Of a DNA stretch of 64,000 nt, positions 13,697-26,730 are shown in pieces (position 1 is the stretch's first letter; every line of letters begins with the position of its first letter). The notes beneath the pieces were generated by a model. It was not told the DNA's origin. It did not search any database and saw nothing but the letters and a program-made list of their open reading frames with translations. This stretch comes from Camelus dromedarius (lineage: Eukaryota): the NCBI RefSeq assembly GCF_036321535.1, contig NC_087472.1, positions 96,288,001 to 96,352,000 on the forward strand. Direction: 5' to 3'. A program made the position numbers and the translations under genes.

Positions 13697-13997
13697 GATA
13701 AACGATATTTTTAAATATTTTATAATTGATGCCAGAAACAAAAGCAAAGGTACCAACATATTATGTAATCAATGGTATAAATGAGAAGCCAAATGACTCA
13801 TGTGATGCCCAAGGACTACTGTTCATGGACTTGTCCACCTACAGCCCTTACTGGGTGCTGGCGCTGCTTCCAGAGCTCTACATATATTAACTCACTTAAC
13901 ATTATGATATAGGTGAATTTCCAAGAGCACCATTTTACTGACGAGGAAACTGAGGCCCAAAGAGTTTATGTAACATGTCCGAGATCACTGAGCTAAC

Positions 13998-14437
13998 CTA
14001 TATGTCCATCAGCTGATGAATAAATAAACAAAAAGTGATCTATCCATGCAATGGAATATTATTCGGCCATCAAAAGAAATGAACTACTGATTTGTGCTAC
14101 AACATGGATGACCCTTGAAAATATTATGCTAAGTGAAAGAAACCAATCACAAAAGACCATGTACTGTATGATTTCATTTATATGAAATCTCCAGACTAGG
14201 AATATCTATAAAGACAGAAAGCAGATTAGTGGTTGCTGTGGGCTGGGGAGAGGGGTAGTGGGGAGTGACTACTAATGAGTATGAGGTTTTCCTTTTGGGG
14301 TGATGAGAATGTACTAAAATTGGATCTTGGTAATGGTTGCAAAACTCTGTGAATATACTAGAAACCATGGAATTGTACACTTTAAATGGGTGAACTGCAT
14401 GGTATGTGACTTGTATCTTAATAAAGCTTTTTAAAAA
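13998..14437 (+). mobile_element. Old L1 (L1MB-like) 3' end
   Basis: TGTCCATCAGCTGATGAAT...AATGGAATATTATTCGGCCAT...ACACTTTAAATGGGTGAACTG...AATAAAGC. Confidence 0.8.
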
Positions 14438-15612
14438 AGTAAATTATCAAAAGGTAGAATACTTATCAAGCCAAGGAATATTTATTGACCATCTACACAA
14501 GCATATACTAAGTTCTATGCAAGTCACAAAACAAGTGTAAGACACAAACCCTGACATCAAATTGCTTGCAGTTGAAGAGAAAAGGCACACATGCAATATA
14601 TTGCAATGCACTTTTGCTTTGTGAATTTGTGCCTTTTTTTCTAAGGGCAGTCAACTATCTGAACCAGGTTTTTGGAATCATAAAAGCCATTGGGCGAGGG
14701 CCAAATGAACATATGAGCTATGATAAGACCGATCCTGCTTCCCTTCCCCACTGGGGGCCTGCAGAGGTCATGATCAACCACAGGGTTATCTTATGAGAGA
14801 GAAACCACCAGGGTTCTTAGGGAGCTGGGGCTGAGCCTATTCACTTATAACTGAAATAACTTGAGTCAATGTTTTCTACCTAAGCAGAGGCCGGGGAATC
14901 CTGACAATCCTTGGCTGAGCTAAGACCACAGGGGGATGCCCAGGTTAACCAAATAGCACACATTTTCCTTAGCCTGAGTGGCTGAAGATCTGGTCTGTTT
15001 CCCCACTGGGGAGGCTGCACACGCTGGGCCCCTGCCCTTGGCCCCCTAAGCTCCAACAGCAAAGATCACTCTGCTTGAGGAAGGCTTGAGAGCTTTACCA
15101 AGGAAACAAGGCCCTCTTTTGCCTCCTATTCACTTAGCTACACAGTTCAGAAAAGGTAAGAGCCACAAAGATCCTTGAAGAAGATCGGGAGACCTGTGGT
15201 CCTGAAAACTGGTAAGGTGTGTGTTTCAAGGACGGAGAGGAGGGCCATGGTAGGAGATACTGTCTAGGCAAGGGGACAGCTTGGGGTCCTGAAGCTGCAG
15301 AGAGTCACCATAATACTGCAGAAAACTGAAGCAGTCCAGGAACCTGGTGGATCACTTACAACCAGGAAGGCTTTCTGGAGCTAGCATTTCTCTTAAACGA
15401 ACAATGAGGAAACTTCTGTTCAAACTCCAAGTGCCTGGGTACTAGGGACATATGGCTCCAGGGCTCTGTTCTACCCTGAGGCTACTGGAACAGTGTCCAG
15501 ATCCATGTCCAGTGAACCCAGGAAGCCCAATTGCTACAGAGATTCTAAAACCTGGAGTGCATGTCAGAAAGATGTATACATCGTACAAACATGCGAATTC
15601 AGCTGAATTTTA

Positions 15613-15756
15613 CACTGATGGATTTTGGGGGGGTAAATTACATTTAATTAATTAAATTTATATGTTTATTTATTTTTTAATCGAGGTACTTAGAGATTGA
15701 GTCCAGGACCTCATGCACTAAGCAGCTGCTCTACCACTGAGCTGTATCCTTCCCCT
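15613..15756 (-). mobile_element. tRNA-derived SINE, vic-1-like
   Basis: Reverse complement of the consensus; perfect 16-bp TSD ATTCAGCTGAATTTTA at 15597-15612 and 15757-15772. Confidence 0.8.
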
Positions 15757-16087
15757 ATTCAGCTGAATTTTATAACAAAGGGTTGCATTCTCTGAAATTT
15801 TCAGACAGTGGTGGCCATTGAAACTTAGAATCTTACTTAGGCTAACAAATGTTTACTGCTCAGAGAGAACTACAAGAAAAACCCTAGTTAATGAAGTAGA
15901 CACTACCTTTTTGTACATTACTAATTATGCATCTTTTCCTGAACATATTTGGATCAAGTGACTTGGGCCCAGAGTGGCCTGACCAATCAGCAAACAGTTC
16001 CACGATATAACTTTAGAGCCAAGCTGCCTCAATGAAACCACAATCCCATTTGAACTACAATCGCTGACGTTTCATTGGCCTCCTTAC

Positions 16088-16177
16088 CTTTCACAACATC
16101 AGCCACATTGCAGGTGGGATCAATACTTCCAATATGTTTAGGATGCGCAGGGTTAGTGTCACCACCAAACAGAAGCG
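16088..16177 (-). CDS. PDK3: PDK3 coding exon 5 (90 nt)
   Basis: Acceptor CCTTTAG|CG; encodes (T)LLFGGDTNPAHPKHIGSIDPTCNVADVVK(D); donor G|GTAAGG. Confidence 0.97.
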
Positions 16178-17901
16178 CTAAAGGAACACAAGAGAAAAGG
16201 GAGAGGATTAAAAAACAGTAGGCTAGGATGGTCAAGGAGAGAAACATGGGGCTGGTAAGTTTTGGAAAGATTCTCTTCTTTGTGAAAACCATTTTAGCAT
16301 CCCCAGTGTCTTAAAGCAATAGAACCAGCTGGTGGGTGACCAACTATCGGACAAGGAAGGAGGAAGCACGTGCCCATGAGACCTGCCAGGTGCAGGAAGC
16401 AGGTCCTAAAGCAGTGACACGGGCCAGGTAGCCAACACGCTCTCCTCGACCCAACGTGGCTTGGATGGAAAAAAAACTTCCTTTCATCCTTAAGCCAAGT
16501 TTACCCACTTTCTCAGCACGATTCCAGACATTTGTTCCAATATTCTCTAAATATTTAGAAAATGCAGTCTGCACAGTTAGGCTTGCCAAGGGTGTTCACT
16601 GCGAACACTGCAGATGCCTCCAACGTGGAGATGGTTTTTCACTGTACTACACATGAACAAAATTTGTGTGAGCATTTTAAAAAGTATATTCAACTTTTTT
16701 CATCATATGCAAGGTTTGTAAAATTTTACTTCTGAAAAAAAGCCAAAAGGAGCCCCCAAAGAAAAAAGTTTATATGTGTGCCTATTCAAATGTTTATATG
16801 TGTACCCATTTTTAAATTTAAAAAAATGGGAATAACTTAGATGCCACAAAAGAAGAATGCTTAAATAAAGTAGGGGAGATTTTAATTATGACAGAACAAA
16901 CGTGGGCATTAGGACAAAATGTAAAGCGCCAAATGATTATGTGGAAGAAACACGAGAGGTGGGTAAGCTTAATCAATGATCTAAAAACATGCACACCTTT
17001 ATGTAGACACACAAATTTAGGTCAAAAAGAAATTGTAGTTATCTAAGTAGTTTAGTTAAATAGTATTTGGGCTCTTTTTTTATTCCTATAACTGTAAATT
17101 GCCATACATTTATATTTTTAAAAGACACACATTTAGAACACACCCACATTTAATAGCTGCATAACATTTGTTTATCCAAATAAACCAAATTAGTAAAATA
17201 AAGATGCTCTGTCCATTTTCTGACTTGGCAAAGATGATGAATTAGACTCTAGACACTTGGATGCTTTTTCATAAAAATTATTAAATCAGACAAAGAGACA
17301 CACTGAAGATGAGTCAAAAAGTTTTTGTGGAGAGAACCGTAGTTATTTTTTCTTATCTGCTTATCAGCCCAGAGAGTGGACTAAAAGTCTCAACACAGGA
17401 TTAGGGTTTGACAAGCCTGATTAATCTGATTTCACTAATCACTGTGAAATAAAAGATCAGTTGCTCATATTGGCAACATAACAATTCAATATTCTTAGTA
17501 TCAATGTTTTTAAAACCAAAAAGGAAAACATGTACCATTCCGGATAAAGACTAGAAAGGACTCTCAGAGACATTCAACGTATTCAGAGATGAACACCAGG
17601 CTGCCACTAATGCCATTCCCTCGTCCCCATCAGGAACATAACGGCAGAGGCTTAAAAGGCAGGCAGTGGTCCCGTCTCTAATATGAGCATCTAAAAAGCC
17701 TTTCAAGGGTTTCTTTCAACGAAGAATTCTAATGATTAGCTGATTAATAGATAGAGCTCACCTGGGAAAAACAGAACTAGAAATGAAATTTCTACAGACA
17801 AAAATTCATGTCAGTAAATTAAAAGTGAAGTAACAGGAAAACATTTGGGAGAAATCACTCTGGTTATCTTTTCAAAACTGGACCAGGAAAACCCAACTTA
17901 C

Positions 17902-18086
17902 TATGCTGGTTAATAAGCATGCGGAAAGAGATGCGGTTGGTATAAAACCGATCCAGAAAATACTGGATGTTACTGCTAATGAACGGATCAAACCCAAACT
18001 TCTCCTTGTATTCAATCACTCCTTGTGCCATTGTAGGAACCACATCATTGTGTCTATTTCTGACTTTAATCAGAACTTGTAGAAAG
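17902..18086 (-). CDS. PDK3: PDK3 coding exon 4 (185 nt)
   Basis: Acceptor CACACAG|C; encodes (N)[61 protein letters not shown](T); donor A|GTAAGT. Confidence 0.97.
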
Positions 18087-19002
18087 CTGTGTGGAAAGGA
18101 AACAAAAAAATGGTCAGTCTCTATCTCATGGGCTAATGCATAAACTTCCCAGCTCTGTTTCAGGACTATTTACCTACTGGTATTTTTATAGGCAGAGACA
18201 TCATTATCATTATAGGCTATAAGTAAGTACTTATGAGAAGCCACAGTATTACCCAAGTTTTTGCTTGAAACTTCCTATAGCAACTCTTCCTTCAGAGATA
18301 CAAAAAGTGGAAGGTTCTAGTAAAGAAAAACATGCTCGAATACCTTTTAAGGAATCCATTGACCTTTTGGATAAGTGATTACATTTAATACAGACTCTAT
18401 AAATGTTTACAGAATACATAATTGCAGAACATATTAATATTTTTTCTGACAACAGGAAGATAATCCCAAAAATCTTTAAGGATTTATTATGGAGTCTCAG
18501 AGAAATAGCTTCCATGAATAAATAAATAATGTCAAAACTTTTAAGAGTAAAATATTGAAATAAATTCCTCACAAAAGTAAAATACAGTGATGAAATGTAT
18601 ATAGAACAAAGGTGATTAAGACAAACCTATTCAAGTTTTCCAGTACATCACTGTAAAGGTACAGAGGGAAAAATATATTGAGAATGGTAACTAAGAACAG
18701 AAAGACAAGTTAATGCAACCAAATAAAAAGCCTGGAACCAGGCCCCAGGGTGACTAAGTATGTGTGTGTAAAAATTTAGCATATTGATAAAGTAACAATG
18801 TAAGTCAGTAGGGAAACAAATTGGTTGGGACAGCTGGCTAACAATTTAAGTCACACTCCAATTTTAAGCCTTATGCCTCAAAATGGGTCAAAAGATTTAA
18901 ATGTACAAGGGTAAAATCATAGAAAAGAAAAAAGAAATTCAGGTGAGTAAATATATAACCTTGGAGTAAGGAAGGCTGCCCTACGCTTAATACCAAAGGC
19001 AG

Positions 19003-19218
19003 TTTGGGACTTGCAGATACACACTACTATATATAAATTAGGTAAACAACAAGGTCCTACTGTACAGCACAGGAAACTATATAGTCAATACCTCGTAAAA
19101 GCCTAAAATGAAAAAGAATATGAAAAGGGATATCTATATGTATGTATAACTGAATCAGAATGCCGTACAGCAAAATTAACACATTGTAAACCGAGCATAC
19201 TTTGATAAAAAAAAAAAA
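19003..19218 (+). mobile_element. L1 3' end, cetartiodactyl-type, 5'-truncated
   Basis: Same 3' UTR motif and poly(A); TSD ACCAAAGGCAG at 18992-19002 and 19219-19229. Confidence 0.8.
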
Positions 19219-21849
19219 ACCAAAGGCAGAAACCATGAAGAACCAAATGATAGGATTATGTAAGATTTTAGCAATTTTCCAGGGACACACATTATAAACT
19301 AAAAAAATGAAGTGAAAACTGGGGAAAATATATTCGTAAGAGTTACTTCCATAGTAAAGGAAAAGATGACCACCCTAACAGAAAACTAGGCAAGAGGCTT
19401 GGTATCAGCGGAAAACTTTCCAGAGGAGATACAAACGCCCCCTTGAAAATAATAAAAGAAAAGCAAATTTAAACAACTCAACACTATCCTCCACTTATGA
19501 GACTGGCAAGGAACAACCAGTGTCAGCTAGAGCATGGGAGCGTAACTGATGCATTTCTAGGGGCAATTTAGCAGCATGTATCAAAGCCCAGAGAAACTCA
19601 CTCCACTCCCAAGAACTGATTCCAGGAAAATATCTGGACAAGGCCAACAGCTGTATTTAAGGGCTGTTCTTCAGAGCACTGTTTATAGTAGCAAGAAAAC
19701 TACAAACTATTCTAAAACCCAAAGGAGGTCAAATCACGACTTGTCTGCAGATGGACCATTATGAAACTACTAATAATGATCTATCATATATTCTCCACAT
19801 ATAAAAATATGTACGGCTAGCTGAAAGTATGGATGGAAGGAAAACGTTAACAGTGGTTGTCCCCTGGTAATGGAAATTTGGAGTGACTTGACTTATTGGA
19901 ATAGCCTTATTTTTCTCAATGATTAAATATTTCTGTAACAAATACATATGTACAAAGACAGCAAAGATGAAGACATCAACTGGGTAATTAGAAGGTCATA
20001 ATTTTTCACAAGAAATTTTCTAACAGACCATTTGCCCTTCACATAATGCTCTTCCCAACGTATTTGCAGATTAAATATCACTAAAGTGAAACAATTTATT
20101 ATAGATGAGAAGTGCCTCAAGTTCTATGTGAAGGGAGGAGACTTGCCTCAGTGGCTCAATTCTCAGAATACTTCCCCCATCTTCTGGGGCTCTTTAAAAC
20201 TTTATCATTACGATAAACTTCCTCGTCCTCTAAGCTGCTTTCACTTTACTTAAATGACTTTCCTGCATGTGACTCTAAAACCTCTCACTGAACAGAAAAG
20301 GCTGCTACTATGAGTAGAACCCCTCGCTCCTTCCTTCCCCACGAGCACCAGGCTTCTAAAACCGCAAGTAGCCTAACTAGCTTCCTGAGCCTGGGTGAGC
20401 TACTGAAACTCACTGAGCGAGAGCTATTATCAACACCATCGTGTACACCCTGGATCCAGCACTTGGCGGTTTTCGAAGCAGGCTCATGTCCATAAGTCGC
20501 ATCTGACTGATAACCCGTTCCAGAAACCAAGACAGGACTCCGGGAAAAACACCACAGAAATTTAATATCAGAGACTTCCACAAATCGATATCCCCTAATT
20601 TGAAGCTAGAGAGGCCAGTCCTAATTTTGAGGATGTCAGCCAAACAAACTGTCACTAGCTAATGGCTTTGGAGATTCGATTCATTAACTCTGATAACCTT
20701 AAATGACAGCAGGGGCTTCTAACAAGGAAAACACTATAGCTGGGACTCTAGTCCAGTGCCTCCCCTGCCGCATTTTGTAGCTCCATTAACAAAACACCTA
20801 GCAAAGTGTATAACAGACTAGCACTTATTCCCCTCTTTGTATTTTAATTTACAACTCAAGTTGTGACTCAAACCAGAGGTCTGGCAGCATGGTGCACTGT
20901 AAACGACAATGTGCTCAGGGAGAGGAGACATGATTTCCAGATCCAGCTCTGCTCTTAACTACTGTTACAATATCGGGGAAGTCACTTCACATCCTGGACC
21001 TCAGTTTCCTTATCTGTGAATTGAGAGAGCCAGGTTAAATGTCTTGAGCTCAGGTCGCTTACATAACGTGGTATTTCTTAGTTCTTATTTTTGGAACACT
21101 TTCAGGTAAGGTGTTTGGTGTCACAATTATGTGAGCCAGGCTTCTACTTAGGAAGAAATTCTTCTGCACAACAGGCCTGCCCAAAGCATTCGCTGATGTG
21201 TACATGAAAGAGAAGGAAAGTAATGTGAAGAGGCTACTTAATTTCTCTTGGGGAGAAGAAATCACACTCCGAGCTAGGGTCAGTGTTTTCCAGTTAAGTG
21301 AAAATGAAAAACCAGAAATATCTTCCATCAGCATGAGAATTTAGCCGTCTTCGTGCCTGACTGCAGCCAAGGAATTCAGAATAACTGTTATATTAATAGC
21401 ACCCCCTTTGATTCTGTTCCAAAATAGAAGCGTTACAGTTTATCTGAGCTCAAATGTAATATCGCATTGAAAATTGAAAAACAACTTGTAAAGGACTAAG
21501 CAGATAAATTCCTGTATACGTAGAGGCCAGTGCATTCTTAAAACCACCACTAGGTGGAACAGTCACTGCGATATTGATAGTGAGTTCCCTTGCACCAGTT
21601 CACCAGGAACAGGAGTATTAAGAATTAGATCACAAATCATAACCTGAAGTGTCATCGTTACCTTGGCACTATGTTAAATCCTTAACTCAAATTTTAAAAA
21701 AACTGCAATGTTGAGTTGTTACTCATTAAGGAACCTAATGCTTTCGTCTAAATTATACTTCCTGGTTCTGAATGGCGTGAGTTCCATTTACCAAGACATT
21801 TTTTAACCTAGCTGTTTTGACTTTCAGCTAAGTTTGGTATCATACTTAC

Positions 21850-21921
21850 TTATCCAAGACCTGGGGATCCTCAGGGCTCTTATTTTCATATTCTAGAAGT
21901 TCAAGAAAACTCTGCATGTAC
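21850..21921 (-). CDS. PDK3: PDK3 coding exon 3 (72 nt)
   Basis: Acceptor TTTTTTTCAG|G; encodes (W)YMQSFLELLEYENKSPEDPQVLD(N); donor AA|GTAAGT. Confidence 0.97.
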
Positions 21922-21999
21922 CTGAAAAAAAGAGTTATTGTGTTAGTTGCCTACCCAACATTCCTCCCTCCTACTTTCTCTCTTCCTTAAGAGCACCTT

Positions 22000-22521
22000 T
22001 AGTCTCCACTCAGGTATCCATCCAATCCCTTCCACCCTCATGTTGCCCAAGTGCTTCAGGGGAAGCTGATACCATGCAAAACTCCTGGGAGGCCTGGTTT
22101 TTTTCCCTAGGTAATCCTATTTTTCTTGTCACTAGTTCCTAATAGCCCAACAGTCCTGCTCTAAGCCTGTCACTGCATCGTATTCCTCTGAACACAGGGA
22201 TGTGGCTCAGGAATGGACAACACTGCCTCAATTCAGGCCAGTAAAGTAAGAGAGTAGACTTGCTGGTGGTCTTTGGGAGAGAAATCAACTTGCTCTGCTT
22301 TTATACAGTGGGGTGTGTGGATGTAAAGCCTGGAACTGCTGCAGCTATTTTGGCACCCAGAACATCCAGCCTGAAAATGAAGCCAAACCCATGGAAAGTG
22401 GGGCCTTGATAATCTCGTGAATCTCTGAATCAAACCAACAGCAAAAGCTTGTCCTAGTTACAATTTATTGCTTAAGCCAGGTTTTCTGCTGATTGCTAAC
22501 AAACATATCCTAACTGATGCA
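22000..22521 (+). mobile_element. MLT1 (MaLR) LTR, old subfamily
   Basis: AAGCCTGGAACTGCTGCAGCTATTTTG...TTGCTTAAGCCAG...ATCCTAACTGATGCA. Confidence 0.6.
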
Positions 22522-23454
22522 CCAAGTCTATAGTATGATTACCAAAAAGGGGGCATATAAATTTTTAAGAAGCACGTGTGTGGCCCTAAAGTGAATGCTA
22601 AGAATTTAGAACTAGAAATAAAGAAGGTTCCTTCTCAGAGTTTACTGAATTTCATCAACATGTAATGAAAGAGAAAGAATGCCTCTTAGGGCCTCAGAAA
22701 CAGCTTCTGGATTAAGAATACCGACGTAGCTCATTCAGGGTCAGTGTAAGAAATAATGTGACCAACATAAAGGTCTGGAGAACAGCAGAAAAATGGGACT
22801 CAGAGGAGCACATGACAGGAGCAGCTACACCCAGACAGAACCTGCTGGGTCTTGTGGCGACTCAGAGATTCCAATTACTTAGAGGTGTGCGAGCTCTGCT
22901 TTGGGTCTTAACATGTCCTGAAAGAAGTACCCCTTATTCTTATTATTTCTAAAAATTAATTACTACTAATCTTACCATCCTGCTTTGGATAGAGGATGAG
23001 GGCACTCTAAAAATGACTGTTAAGCTTATAAATACATAAACAGGAATGACGTCATATTTATCAGCCTCCCCTGAACTTTGTGACAACACATGATACTAAA
23101 GTATGTTCATCTCTGGGTATATTTTTTAAAGTTTCTGAGCATATAAAGCTGTGGATTAGACATTGTGAGGATCATTAGGTCAAACCACCCTGAGAGGTCA
23201 CAGTCAGCCATGCACAGTGATGCCCTCTGCCCTGACACATGTCAGCAGAACCTCAGGCAGGCATCCCATCCTTCTGGAAGGGGATAGTTCATTTACAGAG
23301 CAAAGTTATAAATGGAGAGGAATCAAAGGTTATGCTGAGCTTCCTGGCCTGAAAGTCAAGAAAGCTAGAGATCGCACTCTGACCAACGTGCACTTCTCAG
23401 CCATTATACTTAAGATCTGCTTTCAAGAGGAAAAGGAAATGACAAGTAAACATA

Positions 23455-23925
23455 ATGCATGATCCCTGAACTGGATTCCTAAGTCGGGGGTTGGGGGGTT
23501 GCTTAAAAAGAAAAGCACTATTAGGACAATTAATGAAATGAGAGCAAGTTCTATACATTAGACAACAGTACTATATCAATGTTAAATTTCCCAAATGTGA
23601 CAATCATACTGTGATTTTCTAAGAGTTGTTCTAAGGAGACACACATTCAGGCATAAAGGGGCATGGTGCCTACCATTAATCCAATGGTTTAGAAAAAAAT
23701 AATGTATCTTATATATATAGATATATGTGTGGTGTACCATATATATAGGTATAGTGTACCATACAAAGATATACAGAGAGAGAATATGGATGCAGATGAT
23801 AAAACAAATATTGCCAAATGTTAACAATTAGTGAATCTGGGCGAAGGTATTTGGAAACTCTTGCTAGTCTTGCAAACCCTTCTGTTAAATAGAAAATTAT
23901 TTCAAAATTCAGTGTTTAAAAAAGG
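23455..23925 (+). mobile_element. Old L1 (L1MC-like) 3' end
   Basis: GATCCCTGAACTGGATT...TATCAATGTTAAATTTCC...GTGAATCTGGGCGAAGG. Confidence 0.65.
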
Positions 23926-25545
23926 AAGAAATAACATGCATGTGTTTAGAATGGCTATGGAAGGGGAAGGGTAGGAAGACTTAAAAAAAAAAAAAAGAGT
24001 TGACTCAATCATTTGAGTCTGTACTTTACCAGCAATTCACTTTGAAGCCCCTGAAGTGCCTTTTACATAAGTGATAACTGTAAATGTTTGACTGTCCCCG
24101 CCGCCAGGACCAGGGGACTTGACAGTCATTTAGCCTACCTAGAATCCCCAGTACAGTAGCTGGCCCCTGAGACTGCTTACATACGTTCTGCTGGAAAATC
24201 TCTAATCATGGTCTTGGAGCAATAAAGAAGTCTCAGGTAAATAAGTACTTGCTGCCCCCTGAAACAAGCTATGAACTTAGGGTAAAATCCAACTGACTCT
24301 GAGATGGAAGCCACGGTCACCACCTCTCTGAGGGGTCTTGGCTTCCGGGGTCCCTTTGCCTGCCACAGTGAGGAGCTGCTGCTTGTCTGGGACAGGGACT
24401 GGACGCTGTCATTGCTAAGACCACCCAACAGAGTGTTTCTCAGATGATTCATTCTCAACCTTAAGAATTTCTTTTTCTTTTCCTTAACAATTTCTTATAA
24501 CAAATATTACTGAGGAATGACTGGTGAATGTCCATTCTCTTTCAGTAGCCCAGCCTCCGTGAACCCTCTAAACGCAAACTAATGAATAGTTTTATTCTCC
24601 CCACATCTATCCACATCATTCCCGTCCCCTAAACTGCTCTCCCTGTCCCTGTCAGTTCCAACCACCCCCCCTACCAAGGGGCAGTGCAAACCACAGCTTG
24701 CACGCCCCCCTCCCCTGTGCTCCCACGGCACTTCCTCTGCACTGGCTTGAGAGCACTGTTTGCATCTGGCTTCCTGAACCCCTCCAGCTTTCAACATGGG
24801 GATGACTTCTTTGTTTGTATGATATAGTGGAGTAGTGCAAGTGTCTCTCAAATCTATGCAAATCCTTTTCTAAAAATATACCACCTGCTCTTCCACCCCA
24901 CCACGCCCCCATCACGCTCTGCTTACCGAGTGGGTAGTTCAGTCACAAATTCAACTTCCTCAATTAGATAGCACACGCTTTACACATCACAACTACACCT
25001 GAATGAAGTTACTTAAACCCTGTTATGATTTTTCAGACTTTTCATGGGGCAGCAGCACACCAGGTAGCTGGTATTTTTCATACAGGAGGTTCCCCTTTAT
25101 ATGACTGATTTTGTCCTAAAATAAGTATTGTCATCAAGAAACTTCTTTGAAAGGAAAACAGAAGGAGCACGGTGGAGACTGGGCCAAAGCAGCAACATCC
25201 CCCTACCCAAAGGATCGTAGACCTGCTCACATGGGCCACTATGGTGCTATTCCTTTACATCTTTCTGTACTTTCCTTTTTTTCAATAAAAATCAGATTTA
25301 TAACCAGAAAAAATGTGCAAAGTCAAGAAAATGTCTAGTTTAGTTTAGAAGTATTTTCCTTAGGACAATTATACATTGTCGGTTAAAAAAAACAAAACAA
25401 AACTTTTAATTGCCTGGGAAACCCAGCTATCCTGAATGACTCATTCTCACACAAGCAGTATGTGTACTTTTAGGGAGGATGGTCCCAGTGCCAAATGTTC
25501 AGAGCACTATGGGGAGACCCATGTGAAGCCACATTATTTACTTAC

Positions 25546-25687
25546 CAACTCTGAACCAATCCCACCGCAGGGCGGTTAAGCAAATTATCTGGCAGAAGAT
25601 TAACCTCTCTCATTGTGTTAGCCAGTCGCACAGGAAGCTCCTTCCGTAGGAACATATACGAAGTTTTTTCACACGCATTATCTCTCC
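25546..25687 (-). CDS. PDK3: PDK3 coding exon 2 (142 nt)
   Basis: Acceptor TAATAG|GG; encodes (G)[46 protein letters not shown](W); donor TG|GTAAGT. Confidence 0.97.
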
Positions 25688-26539
25688 CTATTAAGAGACG
25701 AAAAATAGTCCATGGTTTTATAATCTAACAAGCTGGAACAGTAAAGTGAACTCATGGTAGCCCAGTGACTGGTTGGGAAGAGAAAAGTAAGTAATCTGGC
25801 AGTCTCTAATTAAATTTTTAGCCTCTGACATGGCAAGTTTAAGGAACTAACTTAATTAGAACCGAAAAAGAACATTTACTCCAAGAGGCAACCTTCAAAG
25901 CAGGTTTTTTTTTCCCTTAGCACAAATACGTCCCTAGTGTTAACCAGCGGCTTGGTATAAAAGTAACCTGAAATATAATCTGAATTTGTTTTCAAACACT
26001 GTGGGGAAACTGCCAAGTACAAAAGTAGGAGAACATGGAAACCCACTCCTGTTCATGGGGGTTTCCAGAAGGCAACAGATGTTTCACAAGTATTCACCTA
26101 CTGTGGGCCGACTGTGTCCTAAGATTTTCTTCCAGTGTGTTTCTTCCAGGACCATAGCTCTGCCCCTCTAGGAAGCAGCCACAGACCCCAGCTCTGACCA
26201 AGACACAGGACTCGGGAGGTGCCAGAGAAACCAGCCAACAGGTGCCCTCGGAAATGGAGTGATGTCCTAGAGCACGTCTAAGAGGGTAAGGCACAGTGGT
26301 GGCTATGCAGACAGAGGTCAAGGAGTCTTCTGTTGAGTGACCTGAGCTGGCTGTGAATAACACTTACATAACTAGGGCCGGTGAGAGTAAAGGTATCCAG
26401 GCACCTGAAAGAGGAACCCCGAGCCCTTTCCCCAGCTGCCATGTGACCAGAGCAGTTCCTGACTGTTCCTGCCCTCAACCCCAGCCCTGCTGCAAACCTA
26501 GTGATGGTTGGGGAATGGAAGATGTGACAGAAAAGACAT

Positions 26540-26730
26540 GAGCTTTGGGGACAGAAATGTGCTTCAGCCTCAACTTCTCCATTTTGGGGATGGGAAACCC
26601 TTGGCGAACTTCTCAACCCCTGAGTCTCAGCTGCCTTAATCTGTAAAATGGAGATGAAACTTCCATTTTTTAAATGACTAAATGTGACCACATATGTGGA
26701 GCCTGCCACAGAGCAAGTGTTCAATGAACA
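26540..26730 (+). mobile_element. MIR SINE (one of many; others at about 1520, 2070, 13850, 20900, 32900, 43810, 47800, 50350, 54400, 56780 and 61430)
   Basis: MIR core CTCAG..CC.TAATCTGTAAAATGG and 3' GCCACAGAGCAAGTGTTCAAT. Confidence 0.65.

Noticed and set aside
14870..15545. Possible old LTR elements here and at about 1-720, 10900-11330, 12400-13140 and 54900-55700
   Set aside because: Composition looks LTR-like but I cannot assign a family or boundaries from sequence alone; a Dfam search is needed.
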